Under the pieces are notes generated by a model. It was not told the origin of the DNA, searched no databases, and worked only from the letters and a program-made list of their open reading frames with translations. This document shows, piece after piece, positions 9,725 to 19,390 of a DNA stretch of 64,000 nucleotides. Position numbers and translations under genes: made by a program. Location of the stretch: NCBI GenBank assembly GCA_038245295.1, contig JBBRSP010000001.1, forward strand, positions 256,001 through 320,000. Direction: 5' to 3'. Source of the stretch: Candidatus Binatia bacterium (GTDB taxonomy: Bacteria > Desulfobacterota > Binatia > HRBIN30). The stretch's first letter is position 1; each line of letters begins with the position of its first letter.

Positions 9725-10888
9725 TCAACCCTTGCGGCTGGCTTCGACAACGCGACGGCCGGCGTCACCCATGTCCGAGGCCGTCGTGATGTTCAGACCG
9801 GACTCCGCCAGGATCTTCTTGCCGAGCTCCACGTTGGTACCTTCGAGGCGCACGACAACCGGGATCTTTAAATGGACCTGACGGGCCGCCTCGACGACGC
9901 CATTGGCGACGATATCGCACTTCATGATGCCGCCGAAGATATTGATGAGCACGGCGTTGACGTTGGGATCGGCGAGAATGATCTTAAATGCCGCCGTTAC
10001 CTTCTCGGTCGTGGCGCCACCGCCGACATCCAGGAAGTTGGCCGGTAGACCGCCGTAGAGTTTGATGATGTCCATCGTCGCCATGGCGAGGCCGGCACCG
10101 TTCACCATGCAACCGATCGTGCCGTCGAGGGAGATGTAGTTGAGATCGTACTTCGAGGCCTCGATCTCCTTCGGATCTTCCTCGTGGATATCGCGCAACT
10201 CGCGGATGTCGGCATGGCGGAAAAGGGCGTTGTCGTCGAAGCCCATCTTGGCGTCGAGAGCCACCAACTCACCGCCCTTGAGCAGGGCAAGAGGGTTGAT
10301 CTCGGCCATGGCGCAATCACTCTCGACGAAGGCACGGTACAGCGCCGTAATGAAGCTGACACACTTGTTGATCGATTGCTTGGGCAGACCCAGGCCGAAT
10401 GCGATCTTGCGCGCCTGGAACGCCTGAATGCCGACGGCCGGGTCGATGGTCTCGCGCATGATCTTCTCGGGTGCGCGTGCGGCGACCTCTTCGATCTCGA
10501 TCCCGCCTTCCGAACTCGCCATCAAGACGAGCCGGCCCTTGGCGCGATCGAGGGTGAGTCCGAGGTAATACTCCTTGTCCAGGTCGAGACACTCGGCGAC
10601 GAAGACCTTACGCACTTCGCGGCCCTCGGGACCCGTTTGATGCGTGACGAGCTTTTTGCCGAGCAGGTTGGCGGCGAACGTCTTGGCGTCGGCCGCCGTC
10701 TTGCAGAGCTTGACTCCCCCGGCCTTACCGCGACCGCCGGCATGAATCTGCGCCTTGACGACACACAATCCGCCGAGCTTTTGCGAAGCGGCTTCCGCTT
10801 CCTCGGGAGTTGCAGCCACAGTGCCCTTTTGCACGGCGACACCGTAACGGCTGAGAATGTCTTTGGCTTGATACTCGTGAATGTTCAC
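9725..10888 (-). CDS. sucC: succinyl-CoA synthetase beta subunit
   Basis: [58 protein letters not shown]. Confidence 0.95.
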   Translation of the reverse strand: MNIHEYQAKDILSRYGVAVQKGTVAATPEEAEAASQKLGGLCVVKAQIHAGGRGKAGGVKLCKTAADAKTFAANLLGKKLVTHQTGPEGREVRKVFVAECLDLDKEYYLGLTLDRAKGRLVLMASSEGGIEIEEVAARAPEKIMRETIDPAVGIQAFQARKIAFGLGLPKQSINKCVSFITALYRAFVESDCAMAEINPLALLKGGELVALDAKMGFDDNALFRHADIRELRDIHEEDPKEIEASKYDLNYISLDGTIGCMVNGAGLAMATMDIIKLYGGLPANFLDVGGGATTEKVTAAFKIILADPNVNAVLINIFGGIMKCDIVANGVVEAARQVHLKIPVVVRLEGTNVELGKKILAESGLNITTASDMGDAGRRVVEASRKG

Positions 10889-10920
10889 GCCGACCTCCGC
10901 TCTCTACAAATGACCGGTTG

Positions 10921-11862
10921 TTACGCTGCGGGCAGAAACTTCTGCATTGCCTCGACAAGCTCACGCACGTGGCTTACTGAGACGTCGAGCGCTTTGCGCT
11001 CGTCGGCGGACAGTTCCACTTCGATGACCTTCTCGATACCGCCACCGCCGACGACGACAGGTACACCGACGTAGAAGCCGCGCACGCCGTACTCGCCGTC
11101 GAGCATCGCAGCGCAGGGCAACACTTGTTTGCGATCGAACAGGTACGCCTCGGCCATCTGCACGGCGGCGTGCGCCGGGGAATAGAAGGCGGACATCTTT
11201 AACAGGTTGACGATCTCGCCGCCGGCTTGGCGCACACGCTGCTCAATCTCGTCGAGGCGCTTTGCGGGGATGAGCTTCTCGACCGGCACACCGCCGATGT
11301 GGCACAGGCTGCGGACCGGGACCATGTCGTCGCCGTGACCACCGAGGACGATTGCTTGGACGCTCTGTACCGAGACGCCGAGCTCAAGCGCGACGAAGGT
11401 GCGGTAGCGCGAAGAATCAAGCACGCCAGCCTGACCGACGACCATTTCCTTCTTGAACCCCGTGATCCGCTGCATGGCGGTAACCATGGCATCGAGCGGG
11501 TTGGTAATGACGATGACGAAAGCGTTGGGCGCATGTTTGCGGATGCTGGTCGCCACATCGTTCATGATCTTGGTGTTGACCGACAACAAATCGTCTCGGC
11601 TCATACCCGGCTTGCGCGCCAGACCGGCGGTGACGATGCAGACATCGGCACCGTCGATGTCTGCGTATTCGTTCGTGCCGAGGATATTGCAATCGAAGCC
11701 CTCGATCGGTCCGGACTCGATCAAATCGAGAGCCTTCCCTTGCGGCAACCCCTCGACGACGTCGAACAGGACAACATCTCCGAGGCCCTTGATGGCGCAC
11801 AGATGCGCCAGCGTGCCGCCGATCATTCCCGAGCCAATCAAGGCGATCTTCTTCCGCTTCAT
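10921..11862 (-). CDS. mdh: malate dehydrogenase (LDH-like)
   Basis: [34 protein letters not shown]. Confidence 0.95.
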   Translation of the reverse strand: MKRKKIALIGSGMIGGTLAHLCAIKGLGDVVLFDVVEGLPQGKALDLIESGPIEGFDCNILGTNEYADIDGADVCIVTAGLARKPGMSRDDLLSVNTKIMNDVATSIRKHAPNAFVIVITNPLDAMVTAMQRITGFKKEMVVGQAGVLDSSRYRTFVALELGVSVQSVQAIVLGGHGDDMVPVRSLCHIGGVPVEKLIPAKRLDEIEQRVRQAGGEIVNLLKMSAFYSPAHAAVQMAEAYLFDRKQVLPCAAMLDGEYGVRGFYVGVPVVVGGGGIEKVIEVELSADERKALDVSVSHVRELVEAMQKFLPAA

Positions 11863-11980
11863 GGGTGACTTCCTCACTTCTCGAATTGGACTCGTCCGAT
11901 TTCGCCGCACCGTATTGTCGGCGCCAGCGCGAGTCGGGCGCGCTTATAGCCAGAAGGCCTTCGGCTCAGCAAGGTTGGAA

Positions 11981-12589
11981 TCACCCTTCGTGTGCAACCG
12001 TCAGACCCAGCACGCCGATCTGGTCCGCCGTGTTGTCGGGCTGCAGCACCCAGGGGCTGACCACGTCGACCGGCTTCCCGTCGAGCGGCCATTTACAGCG
12101 ATCCAGGGTGACGCGAAAACCGTGGCGGACCGCCGACAGCGTCGGCGCGGCATTGGTCGCGCCAGCATCGAGAGCCAGCATGTGGCCCGGGGCCGGAACT
12201 TGGAGAGTCGGGAGGTTGCGCCCGACTTCGCAGCCGAGTGCCGGAGTACTCTCGCCGTCGAGAAAAATTGCCACGCTGAATCGCTGTCCCTGTGGATCTT
12301 CGATTGGTGCGAAGAGAAGAAAATTTTGTTCGCCGATGCCCAGCAAGACGGAGACCTTGCCGCTCTGCGGATGGTTCAACATCAAGGCAGACTGTTCGGC
12401 ATCGGCCCCGGGGCGAATTCCAAGCACGGGGACTGGCGGTGCGAGCAGCGTGCGTGCCAGTTGCAGGTCGGGATTCTGCCCGGCCGTGCCGCTCGGAGCG
12501 AGGGTAATCGCCGTGATTGACGGTGGTGACGGAGCGCATGCCATGAGACCAAGGGCGCCGATCGCGGCCAACAGCAGGGAGCGAAGCAT
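11981..12589 (-). CDS. hypothetical lipoprotein
   Basis: MLRSLLLAAIGALGLMAC lipobox. Confidence 0.65.
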   Translation of the reverse strand: MLRSLLLAAIGALGLMACAPSPPSITAITLAPSGTAGQNPDLQLARTLLAPPVPVLGIRPGADAEQSALMLNHPQSGKVSVLLGIGEQNFLLFAPIEDPQGQRFSVAIFLDGESTPALGCEVGRNLPTLQVPAPGHMLALDAGATNAAPTLSAVRHGFRVTLDRCKWPLDGKPVDVVSPWVLQPDNTADQIGVLGLTVAHEG

Positions 12590-12700
12590 CTTTCGCTCGT
12601 TATCGTCGATTCGAGGGCCGCGGTCGACCGTCGCCTTGAATTCGCGTCAAAGCCCCAGCCTCCTCTTGCGAGTTTCTGGCCGCGGGGCTCTAACGCGACG

Positions 12701-14152
12701 ATGCGACTTTCGGTCGTGATTCCAATTTTTAATGAACGCAGTACCGTACGTGAGCTCCTGCGTCGGGTGTGTGCGGTGCCGATGGCCAAGGAAATTATCC
12801 TGGTCGACGATGGCTCGAGCGACGGTACGCGTGATGCGCTGGCGGCTCTCGGGCTGGTTCGCTCGGGCGACGAGGTCGATGTTCCAGCCAACGACGGTTC
12901 GGTCAATCACGTGCGATTGATCGTGCACGAGCGCAACAGCGGCAAAGGGGCGGCGATTCGGTCCGGGTTCGCCGCGGCTACGGGCGAGATATTCCTGATC
13001 CAAGACGCCGATCTCGAGTATGATCCGACCGACTACCCAAAGCTCCTGCAACCGATTCTCGACGGAAAGGCCGACGTCGTCTTCGGCTCACGCTTCACTG
13101 GCTCACCGCGGCGCGTCTTGTTCTACTGGCACGCGGTCGGCAACAAGCTGCTGACGGGTCTGTCGAACATGTTTACCAACCTGAATCTGACGGACATGGA
13201 GACGTGCTACAAAGTCTTCCGCGCCGAGATGATCCGCGGCTTGCCCTTGCGGTCAAATCGCTTCGGGATCGAACCCGAGCTGACAGCCAAGATGGCCCGG
13301 ATGAAGGCACGCATCTACGAGGTGCCGATTTCCTACGCCGGCCGCAGCTACACGGAAGGCAAAAAGATTGGTTGGAAGGATGGCCTCTCGGCCGTCTGGG
13401 TGATCGTAAAATATGCCTTCGTCGACGATCTAGAAAACACCAACTCGGGGTATACCACCCTGAATCGGATGGAGTTGCTGCGGCGCTACAACGCCTGGTT
13501 GTGGACGAAGGTGAAGCCCTTTCTGGGCCGCCACGTTCTCGAGGTTGGCGCCGGCACGGGCAATATGACGCGTCACCTCGCCGGCCTCGCTCCGGAGGTG
13601 GTGGCCACCGAAATCGAGCCCCATTATCTCCGAATCCTCGACCGTCTATTCGGCGATGACCCGCATGTGCGCGTGCTGAGACTCGACCTGGCGCAGGCGT
13701 TGCCCACCGAACTAGGCGGGCCGTTCGACACCGTCATTTGTCTCAACGTTCTTGAGCATGTTGAAGACGATACCGCGGCGCTGCGGCGCTTGCGTGATGT
13801 TCTGCAGCCGGGCGGCACACTGGTTTTGATCGTCCCGGCAATGTCCAAACTGTTTGGTGAGATCGACCGCTCGATCGGCCACTTCCGGCGCTATGATTCC
13901 AAGGACTTGCGGTGCAAGCTGCAGGACGCCGGTCTGACCGTAAGCCACTGGGAGTGGTTCAATACGATCGGGGTGTTCGGGTGGTTCTTGAATTCGCGCT
14001 TGCTGCGCCGAAAGAGTGTTCCCGGCTTTCAGGCCCGCCTCAACGATTTGCTTGTGCCTCTTCTACGTTTTGAGGGCCGACTGCAGCCGCGTTGGGGAAT
14101 GTCGCTGCTGGTGGCGGTCCAGCGCTCGGACACGCTGCGCCAGGTGGGCTAG
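12701..14152 (+). CDS. fused GT2 (polyprenyl-phosphate glycosyltransferase-like) / class I SAM methyltransferase
   Basis: LSVVIPIFNE, VDDGSSDGT, IQDADLEYDP, TDMETCYK; C-terminal VLEVGAGTG and NVLEHVEDD. Confidence 0.9.
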   Translation: MRLSVVIPIFNERSTVRELLRRVCAVPMAKEIILVDDGSSDGTRDALAALGLVRSGDEVDVPANDGSVNHVRLIVHERNSGKGAAIRSGFAAATGEIFLIQDADLEYDPTDYPKLLQPILDGKADVVFGSRFTGSPRRVLFYWHAVGNKLLTGLSNMFTNLNLTDMETCYKVFRAEMIRGLPLRSNRFGIEPELTAKMARMKARIYEVPISYAGRSYTEGKKIGWKDGLSAVWVIVKYAFVDDLENTNSGYTTLNRMELLRRYNAWLWTKVKPFLGRHVLEVGAGTGNMTRHLAGLAPEVVATEIEPHYLRILDRLFGDDPHVRVLRLDLAQALPTELGGPFDTVICLNVLEHVEDDTAALRRLRDVLQPGGTLVLIVPAMSKLFGEIDRSIGHFRRYDSKDLRCKLQDAGLTVSHWEWFNTIGVFGWFLNSRLLRRKSVPGFQARLNDLLVPLLRFEGRLQPRWGMSLLVAVQRSDTLRQVG

Positions 14153-14271
14153 CTGCCGATGAGCAAGATGTAGATCGTCAGAATGGCGGACAGGGCGAGC
14201 CCGATTCGTAAACCCCAGACGGTCAGAATTTCAATCGCTCGGTCCATGGAAGAGTTGTTCGTTTGCATCAT
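14149..14271 (-). CDS. possible single-TM small protein (32-40 aa)
   Basis: hydrophobic WGLRIGLALSAILTIYILLI; stop overlaps the convergent gene; no clear SD. Confidence 0.4.
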   Translation of the reverse strand: MMQTNNSSMDRAIEILTVWGLRIGLALSAILTIYILLIGS

Positions 14272-14443
14272 TGCCTGCGCCTTTGCAAGGATTGTGCACG
14301 CTCTCGCAGCACTGGTTTGCCGCAAGTTCACGCTTCGTACTGACAATCCTGCGTGACATCCCGTACGTTGGGGATGACAGTATTCGTTGGTCGGCGCGTA
14401 AACTCACGAGGGAACAGCGGCCGAGGGATTGTTCCGAGGTCCC

Positions 14444-16447
14444 CTAGTCCGGCCAAGGCTCAGTCTCCTCCACGAGAGTCACCGATTGATAGAGATTGCT
14501 GGCGAGGCCGTCGAGAAAACGTGAGGGTTTGGCCATCACCATGCCGATCCCGCGGTCGAAAATATAGATCGGATAGGAGAGAAACAGGTGCTCTTTGGCG
14601 CGCGTGGCGGCGACGTAGAGCAGTCGGCGCTCCTCTTCGACGTCGTCTCCCTCGACGTTGTAGGCCGATGGAAAGCGGCCTTCCGCGAGCCAGATGACGA
14701 ACACCGATTTCCATTCGAGCCCTTTGGCGGAATGCACGGTCGACAGAGTCAGGAGCCCTTCGTCTTCGTCGCCCCCGGCCATGACATCGCCGACACTGTC
14801 GGTTGGTGGCTCGAGGGCCATGTCGACCAACAAGGCTTCGAGGCTCTGATAGCGCGTTGCCAGGGCGATGAAATGGTCTAGATCCTTGCGCCGACGCGGG
14901 TGATCGTCGGCGTGCAGGCGCTGCAGAATGGGCTCGTAGTAGCGAACGACTTCCGTGAGCTGGGCCTCCGGCAGCTCGAGGGTGCGCAGGCGCCGCAGCA
15001 GACCGGCCAAGGTTGCCAGGCCCGCCTGAACGGCGCGTTTTGGAAACGCCTGCAGCTGGGCCACCATGTCGTCGCCGGCGAGCACCGAGGCGAGAATTTC
15101 TTCGCTCATCCGCGGTCCGACACCTTCGAGCAGTAACAAGACGCGGTGCCACGACACGGCGTCGCGCGGATTTGCCAAGATCCGCAAGTGCGCCAGAGTG
15201 TCTTTAATGTGGGCCGTTTCGACGAATTTGAAGCCGCCGCGTTTGACGAACGGAATGTCGTGCCGGGTAAGCTCGAGCTCGAGATCGTAGGCGTGAAAAC
15301 TCGATCGGAAGAGCACGGCGATTTCGTCCAGCGGCACCCCTTCCTCGCGCAGATCGAGGATGCGCTGACAAATGAAGCGAGATTGGTCGTGTTCCGTTGG
15401 TGCCGCTATCAGCGCTGGTCTTAACCCATCTATCTTCTTGCTGAACAGCTGCTTGGTATGGCGCTCTCTGGCCTGCGCAATTACCGCGTTGGTGAGGTCG
15501 AGGACGGGCTGTGTGCTGCGATAGTTCTCCTCGATGGCGATCAGGCGTGCCGTCGGGAAGATCTGCGGAAAGTCCATGATATTGCGGAAGTTGGCGCCAC
15601 GAAAGGAGTAGATGCTTTGGGCGTCATCGCCGACCGCCATGACGTTGCCGTGTGGCTCGACGAGCAAGCGGACAATCTCCGCCTGCAGGCGGTTGGTGTC
15701 CTGGTACTCGTCGACCATCACGTAGCGGAAGGTTGCCGCCAGACGGTCACGGATCGCCGGGTGGTTGGCCAGCAACTCGTGTAGCTTGACGAGCAAATCA
15801 TCGTAGTTCGCGAGCTGGCGTTCGGCCTTGTAGGTTGCGTAGGCCGTCTGCAAGGCGACGAGGTCCTCGAGGTGATCAATTAGATGAGGATGCTCCTCCT
15901 CGATCAAGTCAGCGAGCGTACGACCTTTGTTGACGACCGCGCTGAAGAGATCAGCGATCGTCTGTTTGCGCGGAAAACGGCGCTCCTTCTTGTCCAGACC
16001 GAACTTTGCGCGAAGCAGGTTGATGACATCTTCGCCATCGCCGCGATCAAGTATGGTGAAGCCGCTGTGCAGACCGACGTGGCTGCCATGCCGGCGCAGC
16101 ATCTTGTTGGCGAAGGAGTGGAAGGTGCCGCCTTCGACCTCCTCGCACCGCCCGTCGAGCAGTTGCGCGGCTCGCCGCAGCATCTCTTGTGCTGCGCGTC
16201 GCGTGAAGGTGAGCAGCAGGATGGCGCGCGGCTCGACGCCTGACTCAACGAGTCGGGCGACCCGATAGACGAGGGTGCGGGTCTTGCCCGTCCCGGCGCC
16301 TGCGACGACGAGGATTGCGCCGGTGGTAGCCGTTACCGCCTCGTACTGAGCCGGGTTGAGCTCGCTGCGGTAGTCGATCCGATATTTCGACTCGCCCGTG
16401 CCGAGTGGCTCGCGCCGTAAGACGTAGCGTTGCGGCTCGTCAGGCAC
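14444..16447 (-). CDS. UvrD/PcrA/Rep-family ATP-dependent DNA helicase
   Basis: AGAGTGKT, VDEYQDTN, GDDAQSIYSFRGA, ENYRS, TVHSAKGLEW, EERRLLYVAATRAK. Confidence 0.95.
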   Translation of the reverse strand: MPDEPQRYVLRREPLGTGESKYRIDYRSELNPAQYEAVTATTGAILVVAGAGTGKTRTLVYRVARLVESGVEPRAILLLTFTRRAAQEMLRRAAQLLDGRCEEVEGGTFHSFANKMLRRHGSHVGLHSGFTILDRGDGEDVINLLRAKFGLDKKERRFPRKQTIADLFSAVVNKGRTLADLIEEEHPHLIDHLEDLVALQTAYATYKAERQLANYDDLLVKLHELLANHPAIRDRLAATFRYVMVDEYQDTNRLQAEIVRLLVEPHGNVMAVGDDAQSIYSFRGANFRNIMDFPQIFPTARLIAIEENYRSTQPVLDLTNAVIAQARERHTKQLFSKKIDGLRPALIAAPTEHDQSRFICQRILDLREEGVPLDEIAVLFRSSFHAYDLELELTRHDIPFVKRGGFKFVETAHIKDTLAHLRILANPRDAVSWHRVLLLLEGVGPRMSEEILASVLAGDDMVAQLQAFPKRAVQAGLATLAGLLRRLRTLELPEAQLTEVVRYYEPILQRLHADDHPRRRKDLDHFIALATRYQSLEALLVDMALEPPTDSVGDVMAGGDEDEGLLTLSTVHSAKGLEWKSVFVIWLAEGRFPSAYNVEGDDVEEERRLLYVAATRAKEHLFLSYPIYIFDRGIGMVMAKPSRFLDGLASNLYQSVTLVEETEPWPD

Positions 16448-16515
16448 GGTGGGTCACGGGATTTGAAAAGTGGATGGCATCAAGCATCGCGGGCGACTAT
16501 ACGCAGAGGTGTCGT

Positions 16516-16734
16516 ATGCGACAACACTTGGATCTGCGCGCGATGCGTTGCCCGTTGAGCTGGGTGAAGACTAAGCTGACCCTGGAAGAGGTTGCCATCG
16601 GTGGTGAACTCGAAGTAGTGGTTGGCGACGAGAAGAGTGCTCGTGACCTGCCGCGTGCGGCCGAAGCGGCTGGCCACCATGTGGCTGAGGTCGAAGCCGA
16701 GGGTGCGGTGTGGCGCATCTTGATCGTTCGTTGA
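16516..16734 (+). CDS. TusA-family sulfur carrier
   Basis: LDLRAMRCPL (CPxP-like) motif, 72 aa. Confidence 0.85.
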   Translation: MRQHLDLRAMRCPLSWVKTKLTLEEVAIGGELEVVVGDEKSARDLPRAAEAAGHHVAEVEAEGAVWRILIVR

Positions 16735-16808
16735 CTGCCGTTGAGTCTCAGCGCGGCGCGTTGTAAGGTCCGCCCGCACGGTTTGATTTAGGAAAGGAAA
16801 GAGACAAG

Positions 16809-17567
16809 TTGGCGTTTCGCGGAAGAGGCCCCCGGTTCATTCCCCCCCCACCTGATGCACATCGCATCAATCGTTACATTCGAGCACCACAAGTCCGCTT
16901 GGTCGGTGCGGACGGTGCGCCCTTGGGGGTTGTGGCCATCGAAGATGCTCTTCGTTTGGCGGATCAGGCCCAATTGGATCTGGTCGAGGTGGCACCGACG
17001 GCGCAGCCGCCCGTGTGCCGTATTCTCGATTACGGCAAGTTCAAATATCAGCAACACAAGAAGGAAGCGGAGGCGCGCCGCAAGCAGACCACGACGCAGG
17101 TCAAAGAGCTGCGGCTTGGCTATCGCACCGATGTTGGCGACCTCGAGCGCCAGATCGAAAAGGCGCGCGAGTTTCTCGCCGAGGGCGACCGGGTCAAGTT
17201 CACGTTGCGTTTCCGTGGCCGCGAAATGGCCTACCAGGATCTCGGCCGGCAGAAGCTGATGAAGGTGTGTACGGCCCTCTCGGACATCGCCACGGTCGAG
17301 GGTAATCCGCGCATGGAAGGCCGCCTCATGGGCGTCGTCATTGCGCCCGGAGCGCAGAAAAAGAAGCCGACTTTGCCGCCGCCAAGCGCGCCACGGCCGG
17401 CTGCCGCCGCTGCTGCCGCTCAATCGGCGACCGCTGCTCCAGCCGCTGCGGCTTCAGCAGCGCCGACCGCTCCAGCCGCTGCGGCTTCAGCAGCGCCGAC
17501 CGCTCCAGCCGCTGCTCCTGCTGTGGCCAAGCCGGCGCCGCCGCAAAACGACGGCCCTGCTTCTTGA
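16809..17567 (+). CDS. infC: translation initiation factor IF-3 with Ala/Pro-rich C-terminal tail
   Basis: INRYIRAPQVRLV, LDLVEVAP, PPVCRILDYGKFKY, FRGRE; TTG start. Confidence 0.93.
   Translation: MAFRGRGPRFIPPPPDAHRINRYIRAPQVRLVGADGAPLGVVAIEDALRLADQAQLDLVEVAPTAQPPVCRILDYGKFKYQQHKKEAEARRKQTTTQVKELRLGYRTDVGDLERQIEKAREFLAEGDRVKFTLRFRGREMAYQDLGRQKLMKVCTALSDIATVEGNPRMEGRLMGVVIAPGAQKKKPTLPPPSAPRPAAAAAAAQSATAAPAAAASAAPTAPAAAASAAPTAPAAAPAVAKPAPPQNDGPAS
17436..17515 (+). repeat. 33-bp tandem repeat (about 2.4 copies) in the infC tail
   Basis: GCTCCAGCCGCTGCGGCTTCAGCAGCGCCGACC twice plus a partial copy; encodes APAAAASAAPT. Confidence 0.9.
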
Positions 17568-17616
17568 ACGCGATCTATCTCTCCGGCGTTCGGGGGAGTA
17601 CGGGCGCGAGCTAAGC

Positions 17617-18258
17617 CTACGGTAGGATCCGCACGCGGCGCCCGTCGATCGCCAGTCGCCCATCGCCCCACAGCTGAATGGCCTGTGGATACAACTCGTT
17701 TTCGACGCCGTGCACGCGGGCTGCCAACTGCGACGCGTCGTCGTCGTCGAGTACCGGCACGCTGCCTTGCAGAATGATCGGGCCGTGGTCGTATTCGTCA
17801 TCAGCGAAGTGCACGGTGCAGCCGCTGAGCTTCACCCCGGCGGCGATCGCCGCTTCGTGCACTCGGGCTCCGTAAAACCCCTTGCCGCTAAACGCCGGGA
17901 TGAGCGCCGGATGGATGTTCATTGCCCGGTGCGTATAGCGACCGCGTAGCTGAATGGGGGACAGAAACCCCGCCATGACGATGAGATCAAATTCGTGGTG
18001 CGCCAATTCGGCGTGCAGCGCGTCGTTGAAACGATCCGCATCCGGCAGCGCCTTGCGCTCGACGACGGCATGCGGCACGCCGGCCTGACGAGCGCGTTCG
18101 AGGCCGTAGGCATTCGACTTCGAAGCAATTACGACACGCACACTGGCGCGCAACCGTCCATCGGCACTGCGATCGAGCAGGTTTTCTAGCGTCGTGCCGC
18201 TACCCGAAAGCAGCACCGCCAGGCGCACCGGATGATTTAGGCGAGGAATGTGAATCAT
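17617..18258 (-). CDS. purN: phosphoribosylglycinamide formyltransferase
   Basis: LAVLLSGSGT, MNIHPALIP, SGCTVHFADDEYDHGPII. Confidence 0.95.
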   Translation of the reverse strand: MIHIPRLNHPVRLAVLLSGSGTTLENLLDRSADGRLRASVRVVIASKSNAYGLERARQAGVPHAVVERKALPDADRFNDALHAELAHHEFDLIVMAGFLSPIQLRGRYTHRAMNIHPALIPAFSGKGFYGARVHEAAIAAGVKLSGCTVHFADDEYDHGPIILQGSVPVLDDDDASQLAARVHGVENELYPQAIQLWGDGRLAIDGRRVRILP

Positions 18259-18268
18259 GGGTGCTGGC

Positions 18269-19204
18269 TCAGCGCGGACTTTCGCGGATCTCCTGGATGA
18301 TGGCTTCGAGCACGAGCTGGAATCCCAGCAGGAATGGCAGGACACTCAACATTACCGTTCCGGTGCTTGCCGGATGGCCGAACCACCACGACAAGAACCA
18401 CCGGTAGGCGCCAAACCCCGTACCCCAGGTCAGCAATGGCACGCCCAGCAGCCAGAAAACGGCGATCGGCGAGAAGTCGCGGACGACGTATTTTTCCCAG
18501 ATGCGGCGAGCCAGGCCGCGTGCCAAATAGGCCGGGAAGGTGACCAGGACGCGCTCGACGCGGAGGTGGGATTGCTCGTTCCCATAATGCGCCGGGATGG
18601 CAATATCCTTGGCGCGACAGCCGAGAACGTTGAGGCGGATCAGCATGTCGTTCTCAAAGAAAAAATCGCGTGCCACGCCGTCCAGGTCGATACCTCGCAA
18701 CGCCGTCGCGCGAATCGCGACGAAGCCGTTCTGTGGGTCGAAAAGATGCCAGTAGCCGGATGCGAGCTTGGTCAGAAAGGTCAGCGCAAAACTCCCCAGC
18801 AGTCGTAGCTTGGGCATTTGCTTCAATGCGTCGGTGTGGAGGAAACGATTGCCTTTGGTGTACTCGTAGCCCTCGTTTACGAGCGGCCCCAGTAGCTCGC
18901 CGATACGCTGAGGATCCATTTGTCCGTCGCCGTCAACCTTGACGATCAGATCGGCGCCCTCGGCAAGTGCTTCGCGCATGCCCGTGATGGTTGCGCCTCC
19001 GACTCCTTGGTCGAGTCGGTTGACGATGACGCGGACACGCGGATCCCCCAGACTGAGCGCCGTGGTCCCCGTGCCGTCGGTCGAACGGTCGTCGACGACA
19101 ATGACCAGGTCGACAAACTCCGGCATACGCTGCAGGACGCCACCGATATGCGCCCCCTCATTGTATGCCGGCATAACGACGGCGACACGTTGACCTTCGA
19201 ACAT
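18269..19204 (-). CDS. GT2 glycosyltransferase with C-terminal TM helices (DPM/GtrB-like)
   Basis: VVMPAYNE, VDDRSTDGT, KVDGDGQMDP; two hydrophobic C-terminal segments. Confidence 0.9.
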   Translation of the reverse strand: MFEGQRVAVVMPAYNEGAHIGGVLQRMPEFVDLVIVVDDRSTDGTGTTALSLGDPRVRVIVNRLDQGVGGATITGMREALAEGADLIVKVDGDGQMDPQRIGELLGPLVNEGYEYTKGNRFLHTDALKQMPKLRLLGSFALTFLTKLASGYWHLFDPQNGFVAIRATALRGIDLDGVARDFFFENDMLIRLNVLGCRAKDIAIPAHYGNEQSHLRVERVLVTFPAYLARGLARRIWEKYVVRDFSPIAVFWLLGVPLLTWGTGFGAYRWFLSWWFGHPASTGTVMLSVLPFLLGFQLVLEAIIQEIRESPR

Positions 19205-19390
19205 AAACGCGCCGTCTACCGGATTCGGGGCAGTGATGCCAGCGGCGTGCCGCCCAGACCCCGACCGGCCAGCGCGGGATTGATGCAGCCATTCAGCCGC
19301 TCCGATCGCTCGTACAGGCCACAATCCTTGCCGTGCGGCGGCGTCACACATATAGGATCGCGACCGTAATCTCTGCTGGAGGTGCTGCTG

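Noticed and set aside
14284..14300. Minus-strand sigma54-like motif CGTGCAC-AATCC-TTGCA upstream of the small TM ORF
   Set aside because: The invariant -24 GG is TG and the ORF lacks a clear SD; too weak to call a promoter
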